From the IMG/VR virus record IMGVR_UViG_3300032893_000003, positions 78,633 to 142,632 of that record: DNA of 64,000 nt; one strand, written 5' to 3'. The DNA is from a virus. Lineage: Duplodnaviria; Heunggongvirae; Uroviricota; Caudoviricetes. Shown one piece after another: positions 1 through 8,044 of the stretch; within the stretch, counting starts at the first letter, position 1, and each line of letters starts with the position of its first letter. The notes below the pieces were generated by a model, which was given only the letters and a program-made list of their open reading frames with translations, had not been told where the DNA came from and did no database searches. The position numbers were made by a program, and so were the translations under genes.

Positions 1-839
1 TTGCTGAAGTCAGCGAGCTTATAATTGACATCGACCGCCGAAACAGCAAGAACGCCAGGATAGGCTGCAGGGTAGATCACAGCCCCGCCGTCATTGCCAG
101 CCGCGGCTACGACAATTAAACCAGCTCTCTGCGCGTCAGCCACAGCTTCTTTCATGATGGAACTGTCCCCGCCCCCTAAACTCATACTGATAATCGAGGC
201 GTGTCCAATGCAGGCTTTAATCCCATCAGCCACATTCGCGTCGGTCCCGCTTCCTTGAGAATCAAGGACTTTGACAGGAAATATTTTAGCCTTAGGTGCG
301 ACACCCTGGACACCATTTTGAGAATCGGCTTTGGCTGCAATAGTTCCGGAGACGTGTGTCCCGTGGCCCATATCGTCGTACCAATCCTCTTTCCCAGTAG
401 CTGTCGTTTTGATAATAGCAACGCCAGGCAGATAGACGCCGGCTAAGTCCGGATGATCAGTTCCAGCCCCCGTATCAACAACACAGATTGTAACGCCCTC
501 TCCACTCCCGTTTGGTAGCTTATTAGCTTGAGGGGCATTGACCGCAGTCGTTCCCCACGGAACTGGCGTTACGGTGTCGCTAGCCGCGACGCGCGGACGG
601 CCCATGATATGGACTGTGCCATTCTTCTCCACCATAAATCCTTGGTTCTTGAAGTTTGCTACTTGGCGATCGCTGAGATCAGCCACAAAACCTTCGAAGT
701 ACCGGAGATGCCTTTTGATTGGAACGCTAGCCGCAGCCGCATTAAGACTTAATGCCTGAGGATCCGACGGAAGGCGCACGATATATTCTGTGGCCATCGC
801 CTGACAACTTACTAACACGATCACTAACAGCTTTAACAT
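1..839 (-). CDS. subtilisin-like serine protease (peptidase S8), secreted; partial, C-terminus with catalytic Ser lies beyond the window start
   Basis: Own translation of the minus strand from the ATG at 839 (RBS AAGGAGAGG) is stop-free to position 1. It begins MLKLLVIVLVSCQAMA (signal peptide) and contains VCVVDTGAGTDHPDL (Asp motif), HGTHVSGTIAA (His motif) and AAAGNDG (oxyanion Asn). It is absent from the ORF track because it runs off the window edge. Confidence 0.8.
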   Translation of the reverse strand, partial: MLKLLVIVLVSCQAMATEYIVRLPSDPQALSLNAAAASVPIKRHLRYFEGFVADLSDRQVANFKNQGFMVEKNGTVHIMGRPRVAASDTVTPVPWGTTAVNAPQANKLPNGSGEGVTICVVDTGAGTDHPDLAGVYLPGVAIIKTTATGKEDWYDDMGHGTHVSGTIAAKADSQNGVQGVAPKAKIFPVKVLDSQGSGTDANVADGIKACIGHASIISMSLGGGDSSIMKEAVADAQRAGLIVVAAAGNDGGAVIYPAAYPGVLAVSAVDVNYKLADFS

Positions 840-857
840 AACCTCTCCTTTGGTTTG

Positions 858-931
858 TGGCGCTCGGGATGGGAATCGAACCCACCTAACTACTTTTAGA
901 GAGCAGCGCCTGACCGATCGGCCACCCGAGC
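858..931 (-). tRNA. tRNA with anticodon CUA (amber suppressor-type, reads UAG)
   Basis: The reverse complement reads GCTCGGGTGGCCGATCGGTCAGGCGCTGCTCTCTAAAAGTAGTTAGGTGGGTTCGATTCCCATCCCGAGCGCCA. It has a 7-bp acceptor stem GCTCGGG/CCCGAGC, a GGTTCGATTCC T-loop and an encoded CCA. The anticodon stem is CTGCT/AGTAG with a 7-nt loop CUCUAAA, placing CUA at positions 34-36. Confidence 0.7.
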
Positions 932-937
932 AGACCA

Positions 938-1258
938 TTATACCAGCTTAAGGAAATCAAACCAATCAGGAGGCGAAAGTGTCGCAAATGCTGTCATTTC
1001 GTTACCAATGTCTGGTTCGTAGAAGGGGTATGCTTCCTCGCAGTCAGTATAGGCTTCTTTAAACGAGACTGGGTCTGTCTTTAGATACACAAGTGTCTCA
1101 CCGTCCCAACGTGCTGGAACTACTTCCATTTCCCGTCCATTCCAGTGATGTCGCCTAAATTCGCGAGAGCAGAAGGCCGCCACGGCATGGCCGGCCTGCA
1201 CCGCTTGCTGACTACGCGACAGGTCGGATCTGACTAGCACGAAAAGCCGCCTGCTCAT
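938..1258 (-). CDS. peptidyl-tRNA hydrolase PTH2-like protein
   Basis: The 106-aa N-terminus LVRSDLSRSQQAVQAGHAVAAF matches the PTH2-family motif (vvRtDL..gkgaAQ..HA). The gene sits next to the tRNA/tmRNA genes. Confidence 0.45.
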   Translation of the reverse strand: MSRRLFVLVRSDLSRSQQAVQAGHAVAAFCSREFRRHHWNGREMEVVPARWDGETLVYLKTDPVSFKEAYTDCEEAYPFYEPDIGNEMTAFATLSPPDWFDFLKLV

Positions 1259-1535
1259 CTTGCACCTTCTTTAATAATGCGTTGATGATATCCCACTTAG
1301 GTTCGTTACCTTCGTGGACCTTTGACTCAATCTGCTCGTAGGATCTTCCGCGAGCCAGGCAGTAAGCGATGTGCTTATGCCTGAACTCCGGAACTGATTT
1401 CCAGAGCGGTTTAGAGTCGGGCGGGAAATTACTGACTCCGCGGCTTCGTTGAAATTCCTTAACTGCGGCGCGCGTAAGACTGATGTTTTTAGCGAGGGCT
1501 TTTAGCTCCTCTTTCATTTGTTTTAAGGGTGACAT
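1212..1535 (-). CDS. hypothetical protein (ends with a TAG stop)
   Basis: 107-aa ORF overlapping its neighbour by 47 nt in another frame. No recognisable domain. Its stop codon is TAG. Confidence 0.45.
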   Translation of the reverse strand: MSPLKQMKEELKALAKNISLTRAAVKEFQRSRGVSNFPPDSKPLWKSVPEFRHKHIAYCLARGRSYEQIESKVHEGNEPKWDIINALLKKVQDEQAAFRASQIRPVA

Positions 1536-1638
1536 TTATTCCTCCGTAATTTTTAGATTTTTGTGAAAGTTGCTAGCAAAAACGCAAATTCACACAATCA
1601 CGGAGGTTTTTTAGGTATCTAACGTTCCATGCCTATTA

Positions 1639-1860
1639 CTATGCCTTTGGCTTTTCTTTTTGTCCAGGCTTTTTTATCTCTGCAATAAGTGCGCGGAAAA
1701 ACAATAATAAAGTCGGGACGGCTACCGCCACGACTACAGTCGGCATAAGTCCTATTTGGGTCCGCAGGGTATTTAGGATGAATGATACCAGAAACCAACC
1801 GACGGCCAGGACGATAAGGTCAATAATGGTCATAAATAAAGCTCGTTTAATCTTGTCCAA
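1639..1860 (-). CDS. small membrane protein (2 predicted TM helices)
   Basis: 73 aa with two long hydrophobic stretches (IIDLIVLAVGWFLVSFIL and VVVAVAVPTLLLFF). The stop codon is TAG. Confidence 0.5.
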   Translation of the reverse strand: MDKIKRALFMTIIDLIVLAVGWFLVSFILNTLRTQIGLMPTVVVAVAVPTLLLFFRALIAEIKKPGQKEKPKA

Positions 1861-2095
1861 GATGTTCCTCCAATAAATTAAAAAATTCCTCTCTTATGGC
1901 TTCATACTCTTCGTAGGCGTCATTGTTCTTGGGATCCGTGTGTTTGTAGCGCCTACGAAGTTTTTCACCGAATTCGTGAATAAAAAAATCCATAGCCCCT
2001 GCTTTGCAAGCTATCTTAAATTCTTCATTCTCCTCGGGAAGTTTAAAATAAAGAGCCGCTTTTGGCATTTTACTCTCCGTGTGTGGTGGTTTCAC
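1847..2095 (-). CDS. hypothetical protein
   Basis: 82-aa acidic ORF whose start overlaps the downstream gene; co-directional with its neighbours. Confidence 0.45.
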   Translation of the reverse strand: MKPPHTESKMPKAALYFKLPEENEEFKIACKAGAMDFFIHEFGEKLRRRYKHTDPKNNDAYEEYEAIREEFFNLLEEHLGQD

Positions 2096-2495
2096 CCTTA
2101 TGAACAGTCTGTTTACTGTAGATGTTGTTCGGATCGATCTTCTCTTCCCACATGGAGCGCTGAATAGCTGGGCTCTTAAACGCCGCCCGTATGAGATCGT
2201 TTTGCATAGATGCCGTCATTTTGTGCGACTCGACATCTTTCTTTAAAAGCTCAACTTCAAAGCGTTGTTCGCGTTTTGCAATGTCAGCCAGCTTAGCATC
2301 TATCTCTTCTTGTTTTTTAACCCTATTCTCTAGCGCCAGAAGTTTTTGATTGCAGGCGTCGTATCGCTCTCGAAGATCAGCATTGGCTTTCTCAAGTTCG
2401 GGAACGCGGGCGGCTTTTGCAAGCTCCGAGCGAAGAGCCTCTACTTGCATCGCAGGCAAGCTCTTAGTTACTAGATCCATAATTTCTTTTGTCAT
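2070..2495 (-). CDS. coiled-coil protein
   Basis: 141 aa with a heptad-like E/K/L/A-rich sequence; an RBS lies upstream. Confidence 0.5.
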   Translation of the reverse strand: MTKEIMDLVTKSLPAMQVEALRSELAKAARVPELEKANADLRERYDACNQKLLALENRVKKQEEIDAKLADIAKREQRFEVELLKKDVESHKMTASMQNDLIRAAFKSPAIQRSMWEEKIDPNNIYSKQTVHKGETTTHGE

Positions 2496-2648
2496 TTGCG
2501 TCTCCTTTGTAAGGCACGCCCGCGGGCAGCCTTGAAGTGGTGGATGATGTAGTCCGTCCTTTAGTAAAGGGTCTTCAATACGGCTAAAACGCCTGTACCT
2601 AGCTATATTATCTTACCACCTCAAGGACTGCCTCGCAGACAGCCAATT

Positions 2649-4133
2649 TTAAAACGGAACGCCTGTGCATTCCGCAAGTCTATTCCTAATCTCTGAGAAC
2701 GTTTGGAAGTTTTGAATCTTCCCGTCTAAGAACACCGTCCGAAGCAGATCATTCGGGTACTCTTCAAGAAGACTCAGACCATCCTGACATTTCAAAACGC
2801 CTGTATCAAGATCGCGATAAACAACGATGCGGCCTTTGGGCGACTTCTTAACACCACTGTCAGTTACAGGATCTTTGAACATTTGGCGCTCCTGTCCGTC
2901 TACAATACAAGCTGTTGCTTTAAGTGCTTGGCCGAGGTTATCGCGCGTATTGTGTTGATACGTGAAAGAACCAATACCGAACACAACATTCGTAGACGCA
3001 AATCCCTTTGCTTCAAGACCAGAGAGGATCTTGTCAGCAATAATAGTTGTAATCGAGTCACCATAGATAGCTCCAATATGCGGATCGAGTTGCTTATAGC
3101 CTTTTAGCGTCATAGTTCCACCAAATATCTCCCACAAGATCTCAATTGTGCCTTTCCGCTCAGCTTCAGTCTTGCCATTTGGATCGCCACAGATGATCTT
3201 TACTGGGTCGCCAGAATCAGGTCGAATGACGACCTTGCCGTCGCGATTCACGATGACATTTCTAAGATCATAGACAACTTTAGTCAGCACATCCCAGTAG
3301 TTCCATGTGTCCGACACGATTGAAACAAAACCCTTTGGGTAAAGCTCCGTGATCAAGAACTTGAAGGTTGCGTGTTCATCTTTTCCGTGAGCACACATAA
3401 CTGAGTGCTCGGTTGCGGGGATAGATGTACCAATGAGCTCCTTTTCAATGTCAGCGCCGTAGAAATGCTCAGTGTACTCGATGCTCGGTGCTGTATCAGT
3501 ACCAACAAACGAGAGAAGATGTGCCGATCCTGATCTTGTGGCTGCGTAAAGTCCCGCCATTCCGCGCATCGAAAAGTCATGCCCTTGGAATTTCACAAAG
3601 CTCGCATCACCTACGGTCTTCATTGCGTAATTGTGAAGAAGCTTTTTATAGACCTGCGCAATAGTTGCGTTATTGATCGATTGCCAGATTTCACAAGACA
3701 TGAGCGTTTCAACCCAGTTTGTGAACCAAAAGAAATCCTTTTCAGTGTTTTGAGATGTGAACATCGGCACTCGAATCGGGACCATTGTTCCTTCAGGTAG
3801 AGCACGAATGTGTAGCGGAACATAACCTAGATCGTGAAGGTCTGCTATGTGCTTAACCTCAGGGTTTTGGTCACCGAGTGTGTACTTCACAAAACGGGTA
3901 TACTTTTTTAGCACGTCATCAATAGGCTGCTTAAAGAAATGCTCGTTAAAGAAGTCAATGAGCCACTCCTGATTGAAGGCCTGAAGATTGTACATAACAG
4001 CCCCGTCAGCTCCGCCGATACGACAAGTGCGCGGTGTCCAAATGGAACTAACAACTTCAGTGTTCTTTGGATATTGTGGCCTATGGGAAAATTTGTAGAA
4101 ATCACATAGAGCCATGGCTTGCGGTGTAAACAT
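2649..4133 (-). CDS. nicotinamide phosphoribosyltransferase-family protein (NAMPT/NadV-like; candidate NARP1 Namat)
   Basis: 494 aa carrying NAMPT signature motifs DFYKFSHRPQYP, IRALPEGTMVPIRVPMFT..FWFTNWVETL and VIRPDSGDP. ATG start with RBS AAAGGAG. Confidence 0.9.
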   Translation of the reverse strand: MFTPQAMALCDFYKFSHRPQYPKNTEVVSSIWTPRTCRIGGADGAVMYNLQAFNQEWLIDFFNEHFFKQPIDDVLKKYTRFVKYTLGDQNPEVKHIADLHDLGYVPLHIRALPEGTMVPIRVPMFTSQNTEKDFFWFTNWVETLMSCEIWQSINNATIAQVYKKLLHNYAMKTVGDASFVKFQGHDFSMRGMAGLYAATRSGSAHLLSFVGTDTAPSIEYTEHFYGADIEKELIGTSIPATEHSVMCAHGKDEHATFKFLITELYPKGFVSIVSDTWNYWDVLTKVVYDLRNVIVNRDGKVVIRPDSGDPVKIICGDPNGKTEAERKGTIEILWEIFGGTMTLKGYKQLDPHIGAIYGDSITTIIADKILSGLEAKGFASTNVVFGIGSFTYQHNTRDNLGQALKATACIVDGQERQMFKDPVTDSGVKKSPKGRIVVYRDLDTGVLKCQDGLSLLEEYPNDLLRTVFLDGKIQNFQTFSEIRNRLAECTGVPF

Positions 4134-4146
4134 TTAAATCTCCTTT

Positions 4147-4434
4147 TTAATAAGAACAATAAAACCTAATAGTCTTTGCTTCTTTGGGGATATCTTTCAC
4201 TTCAATTTCAAATCCGTCACGATGATCATCGCTCCACTCTTCATGGGGTATTTCGATTTCAGCAAACTGCTCTTTGATGTATTCATCTTTGCACTCAATC
4301 TCACTACCGAAATATTCCGTCACCTCTTTTGGATAGCTTAAGCCCTCCTTGTCGCAGTACTGTTTTGCCTTCATCATCTTTTTAAATTTACCGTCAAGGT
4401 CTCGAAATCCGGTTACGTGCATAGACATTCCCAT
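4147..4434 (-). CDS. hypothetical protein between the NAMPT-like and Prs-like genes
   Basis: 95-aa acidic ORF whose start/stop overlap its neighbours (ATGA-type coupling). Confidence 0.5.
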   Translation of the reverse strand: MGMSMHVTGFRDLDGKFKKMMKAKQYCDKEGLSYPKEVTEYFGSEIECKDEYIKEQFAEIEIPHEEWSDDHRDGFEIEVKDIPKEAKTIRFYCSY

Positions 4435-5225
4435 TACTTAATCTCCCCGTCTTTTGTGAAAATACGACTAATCCCCGCATCTCTAAGTGGTTTAAGCCCC
4501 TTAGAGAAGATGCCGTGGCTGACGTATAGATAAAGTTCGCGCGCCCCGTAGGTTTTAAGCTCGTCCGCCGCTTTAATAAATGTCATGCCGCCATCACAAA
4601 TATCGTCCAGCATCAGAATATCGAGGTCACCGAGATTAGTGGCTGGCTTATCGTCACCCCACTTAACGCTAAGCCCTATGATCTCACCTGTTTGCTGATT
4701 CCTTACCTTGTTTCCTATAAGCACTTCATCCATCGGGCGCTCGATGAGCCCAGCATAGCGATTATTGGCACCCTTATCCGGAAAATAGATGCAGTGGGGC
4801 TCACACGCCGCAATAGTTTTACGAATTTCTGTCAAAGGCTGCCGGCTTCTAAGATTGTGGATAAGCTCCGAAGCCACGGGAGAATGGACATCTACGGACA
4901 TCACAAGATCGAACTTAAAAGCGTTAATCACGGTGGCAAAGGTATGTAAGGAAAAAGTGAGGCTATTATCGATCTCTTTGTCCTGTCTGGCGTAAGGTAA
5001 ATAAGGCATATCCAAGTGCTTACTTGCCCTCGGACATTCCTTGTCCAGAAGATTCTTTAGCTGAAGGACAGGCATGAGCTCGCGTTCGTAAGAAAAGTCC
5101 CATGTAATGGTATTGATCGTAATCGCCGAGTGTTTATTAAACCACTCGCCTGGAATTTTCCAAACTTGAGAAGTGCCGTCAGGAAATAGCGTCGGCGTGA
5201 CCTCGTGGTCGTTTAGCAGAATCAT
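4434..5225 (-). CDS. ribose-phosphate pyrophosphokinase (PRPP synthetase)-like protein (candidate NARP1 Adps, ADP-ribose pyrophosphokinase)
   Basis: 263 aa with the Prs-type motif SVDVHS (compare TVDLHA) and the PRPP-binding loop LMLDDICDGGMTF (compare VDDMIDTGGT). It lies immediately upstream of, and is co-transcribed with, the NAMPT-like gene. Confidence 0.8.
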   Translation of the reverse strand: MILLNDHEVTPTLFPDGTSQVWKIPGEWFNKHSAITINTITWDFSYERELMPVLQLKNLLDKECPRASKHLDMPYLPYARQDKEIDNSLTFSLHTFATVINAFKFDLVMSVDVHSPVASELIHNLRSRQPLTEIRKTIAACEPHCIYFPDKGANNRYAGLIERPMDEVLIGNKVRNQQTGEIIGLSVKWGDDKPATNLGDLDILMLDDICDGGMTFIKAADELKTYGARELYLYVSHGIFSKGLKPLRDAGISRIFTKDGEIK

Positions 5226-5517
5226 TGTGTCTCCTTATTTCTTCTAGCATTGCGAGCTTTTCATCTTCAAGCTTTTTTAAATCAATATCGTAGAACTCCG
5301 CGACAAGATCCGTGAGTTTGGCCCTGATTGGAAAGGCAAAGTCGTAATCCAACTCGCGCTTGGCATCAGCAAAGTCCTCGTTATTTTCATAGAACTCCTC
5401 TGAATAGTTTTCCATGAGGCGGATGTCTTTTGTGTCACTCAGCCATTCTATAAACTCATGAATTGCTTGGCTTTTATACTGTATATACTTTAGTTTTTCG
5501 TGCTCGGGTCGTTCCAT
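5179..5517 (-). CDS. hypothetical protein
   Basis: 112-aa acidic ORF overlapping the Prs-like start by 47 nt in another frame. Confidence 0.45.
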   Translation of the reverse strand: MERPEHEKLKYIQYKSQAIHEFIEWLSDTKDIRLMENYSEEFYENNEDFADAKRELDYDFAFPIRAKLTDLVAEFYDIDLKKLEDEKLAMLEEIRRHNDSAKRPRGHADAIS

Positions 5518-5529
5518 TGCAGATCTCCT

Positions 5530-5727
5530 TTAAGTAAAAATGGCCCAGGACTCAAATTCCTCTTCCCAGGACCAGCTAAGGGCTTCCAATCTTTTCTCAT
5601 CCTCGGCTGACATTTTTGTACCAGAAGGGGGACCGGCATAAAACACATCATGTTCTGCCGCAGTTTCGACTGTGCCGTATTTCTTCATAATTTGAAGCCC
5701 TTCGATGATTTCATCTACCGTTGCCAT
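5530..5727 (-). CDS. hypothetical protein
   Basis: 65-aa ORF with an ATG start and RBS. Confidence 0.45.
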   Translation of the reverse strand: MATVDEIIEGLQIMKKYGTVETAAEHDVFYAGPPSGTKMSAEDEKRLEALSWSWEEEFESWAIFT

Positions 5728-5752
5728 AAATCTCCTTTGTTAGCTACTTAGC

Positions 5753-6280
5753 CTATAACAGAGTTACAAGCTTTTGCGACCGGTTGAGCCAGCCATTTAA
5801 GAACTTAATTTGACCTGGATGATCAAGGACGATGTTAACGTAATATTGCTGAACCTGATGGATGAATAGGTAAAAAAAGTTAATTCTATCCATTTTGTTT
5901 ATAGCAAGTAACGACTCGCTCCCCAAATCTCCGTCAGCCGCTACGCCGGCCGCAGTTTGGGCGAAGATCGCAGCTTTGTAGTTACCGAGATTAACTGACA
6001 TATCTAAAATAGCTGTAGCAACTGAAATATCTGTAACATCATCAAGGCTCTGAGCTTTCCAGTAAAATTCCTGATAAATAGATATAGCTTCATCTTTCGT
6101 GAGATTTTGGACATCGTCTGCAGTTGGAACCGGCTGATTTTGAAGTTGTCGCCAGCGGGCTAAGTCATCAAGGGTAATGCCCCATTTCGTCGGGCCGCCA
6201 CCGTCTTCTGGATCGTCTGTGTATTCGGAACCTTCGTTTAGAAGAACGTACTCAATCGCTGTTTGAAAGTCTGCCACCAA
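5753..6280 (-). CDS. glycoside hydrolase family 108 lysozyme with a peptidoglycan-binding-like C-terminal part
   Basis: The N-terminus LNEGSEYTDDPEDGGGPTKWGIT matches the GH108 signature (EGGY.NDP.D.GG.T..GIT). The start is TTG/GTG with a GGGGGTG RBS. The stop codon is TAG. Confidence 0.8.
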   Translation of the reverse strand: MVADFQTAIEYVLLNEGSEYTDDPEDGGGPTKWGITLDDLARWRQLQNQPVPTADDVQNLTKDEAISIYQEFYWKAQSLDDVTDISVATAILDMSVNLGNYKAAIFAQTAAGVAADGDLGSESLLAINKMDRINFFYLFIHQVQQYYVNIVLDHPGQIKFLNGWLNRSQKLVTLL

Positions 6281-6918
6281 GACACCCCCGTGATAGTTCT
6301 ACTGTCCCAAACTATCTGAAAGTTCTCGCTATCGGTAGCGATATCATTCGGTGTCACGGTCGGAACTCCCAAACTCATTTTGGGAACAAAAGGGCTTTTC
6401 ACTTTGTATTTCTGACAAACCTGGTCATAGCACCACCAGACAAGCTCTGAGCAATAAAAAGCTTTCTGCCCCGAGCTGTTGTACAGAAAGTTAAAGTCGT
6501 AAGGTTTACCCACCTGAAGCTTTGCGATGTCTGAGGCTTCCTTCATAATCGTGTCTTTAAGGGCCCCAAGACCTTTTGGCTCAATGATGAGCATATAGTC
6601 CTTAGTCGTCTCGAATGTCACAAGATCCGTATCGAGCACCCCAGGAGCCTCAGCCTGACAAACGCGCTCATCGATCGCCTCCCCAGGCTGCGGCGCATAG
6701 ATCGCTGCATGCGTCCAGAAGCCAGGAATAAAAGCTGTTGTGAGGTCGCCACGGATCACCGTAATGAAGATCGACCCGGGCTTGAGGTAAGGATAGGACT
6801 GATAATAAAGAACGCCTGTGATGAGCTTGTGCGTAAAAGGTAGATGTACGCCGGATGCCCAGATGAGGAAAGGCCGGACTAGACTTAAGAACCAGCCTCG
6901 AATTGTCGCTAAATTCAT
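6238..6918 (-). CDS. putative cell-wall amidase/peptidase, permuted papain-like (NlpC/P60 superfamily, YaeF/YiiX-like)
   Basis: 226 aa with GKPYDFNFLYNSSGQKAFYCSELVWWCY resembling the permuted NlpC/P60 catalytic-Cys region. It overlaps the GH108 gene by 43 nt in a different frame. Confidence 0.45.
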   Translation of the reverse strand: MNLATIRGWFLSLVRPFLIWASGVHLPFTHKLITGVLYYQSYPYLKPGSIFITVIRGDLTTAFIPGFWTHAAIYAPQPGEAIDERVCQAEAPGVLDTDLVTFETTKDYMLIIEPKGLGALKDTIMKEASDIAKLQVGKPYDFNFLYNSSGQKAFYCSELVWWCYDQVCQKYKVKSPFVPKMSLGVPTVTPNDIATDSENFQIVWDSRTITGVSWWQTFKQRLSTFF

Positions 6919-6959
6919 AGAGTTACCTCGTTAATGTCAACTTCCACGCAATAAAAACT

Positions 6960-7220
6960 TCAGCAAATACGTTCTTTATCTATGACATTATCGATGGTTT
7001 TGATTGCCTTTTCAAGAGCGCGGAACTGAACTCGCGTTAAAGCTATGTCCGTGCGATCAAGCATATCTAATTGAGTCCTAATTTCAAGAAGTGCCTTGAC
7101 GATGGTCTCTGGCTTTTTCTTTTCAATCGTTGCGACATGATGTTTGAAGTTGGTGTCAGCTTTCCATCTGTTATATTCCATCTCTGAGGGAGAAATAAAT
7201 TTACACTCTCGACGTTGCAT
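6960..7220 (-). CDS. hypothetical protein
   Basis: 86-aa ORF overlapping the downstream gene start by 20 nt. Confidence 0.4.
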   Translation of the reverse strand: MQRRECKFISPSEMEYNRWKADTNFKHHVATIEKKKPETIVKALLEIRTQLDMLDRTDIALTRVQFRALEKAIKTIDNVIDKERIC

Positions 7221-7686
7221 AAGATCTGCTCACTTTCGCGATTGTCCATCCAATAAGTTGTTCTAAGTTTGCGGCCTGCTGGACTGCGTAGCGGCTGCAG
7301 ACAATGTCCACGTTCCCCTTGCGCCAAAATCCTTCTGGGCAGCATACGATAAGCTTTCCTGTTTTAGCATAAAGCCCAAGTTCTAGAAGAGATATGGGGG
7401 ACTTGGTTGTGGGGTCAAAGTACATCGCTATATGTGTTGCGCGCTCGAGACACGAAAGTTCCCAAGTGACCTGCTCGCGGAACTTATCATTTGATATCTT
7501 CTGTTCCCATGACGAATCCCAGTCATCGCGCCGCGGATTAAGTACGGTCACATCAAGAAACCTAAGCCTGTGTGTTATCTCTGTCTGCCAATCCACTGCC
7601 TTTCCCATCTCAATGCTGCCAGCGAGAAAGACAGAGACAATTGGCGCATCCATAGGGATTGGTTCTGGCGCTTTAACAACAATCAT
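7201..7686 (-). CDS. nucleoside 2-deoxyribosyltransferase-like protein (Rcl/DNPH1-like fold)
   Basis: 161 aa with SVFLAGSIEMGKAVDWQ...LNPRRDDW...ELGLYAKTGKLIV, matching the flavodoxin-like nucleoside deoxyribosyltransferase pattern. RBS GGAGAT. Confidence 0.55.
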   Translation of the reverse strand: MIVVKAPEPIPMDAPIVSVFLAGSIEMGKAVDWQTEITHRLRFLDVTVLNPRRDDWDSSWEQKISNDKFREQVTWELSCLERATHIAMYFDPTTKSPISLLELGLYAKTGKLIVCCPEGFWRKGNVDIVCSRYAVQQAANLEQLIGWTIAKVSRSYATSRV

Positions 7687-7700
7687 TCAAATCTCCTTTA

Positions 7701-7720
7701 TTCCATATTGGAATATGGAA
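7701..7720. promoter_or_regulatory. inverted repeat TTCCATATT-GG-AATATGGAA immediately upstream of the RBS of the 7201-7686 gene
   Basis: Perfect 9-bp arms with a 2-nt spacer. On the minus strand it lies directly 5' of AAAGGAGATTTGA-ATG. Confidence 0.4.
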
Positions 7721-7741
7721 TATACAAGTAAAATCATTTAG

Positions 7742-8044
7742 TTACCTTCTTTTTGGCTTTTTGTCCTCAAATTGAGCGGACAATTTCTTAGCAAAACTCT
7801 CAGTCGCTTTGTCTCCAAAGTGCTCGGCTACCTGATCAAGTGTAACCCAGCCTATAAGATGAAGTGCTTTTCGAGCAGCTTTGCCAGGAACGGCCAGACC
7901 CTCCTCGGTCGTCCCCAAAAGAACTGCATAAAACTCTTTACCTTTATGAGCTTTGTACATGGAGCGAACTGAGGTCTTCTCATCCACTGGTTCTTTTATT
8001 GTAATTGTTTTGGTATAGAAAATGTTGCCGGCGTTGATTTTCAT
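7742..8044 (-). CDS. hypothetical protein
   Basis: 100-aa ORF whose start is overlapped (ATGA) by the stop of the upstream gene. Confidence 0.5.
   Translation of the reverse strand: MKINAGNIFYTKTITIKEPVDEKTSVRSMYKAHKGKEFYAVLLGTTEEGLAVPGKAARKALHLIGWVTLDQVAEHFGDKATESFAKKLSAQFEDKKPKRR

Noticed and set aside
5753-6918. Programmed ribosomal frameshift fusing the permuted papain-like ORF to the GH108 lysozyme
   Set aside because: The two ORFs overlap by 43 nt in different frames, but I found no slippery heptamer or downstream pseudoknot. GH108 has its own RBS and a plausible TTG/GTG start.
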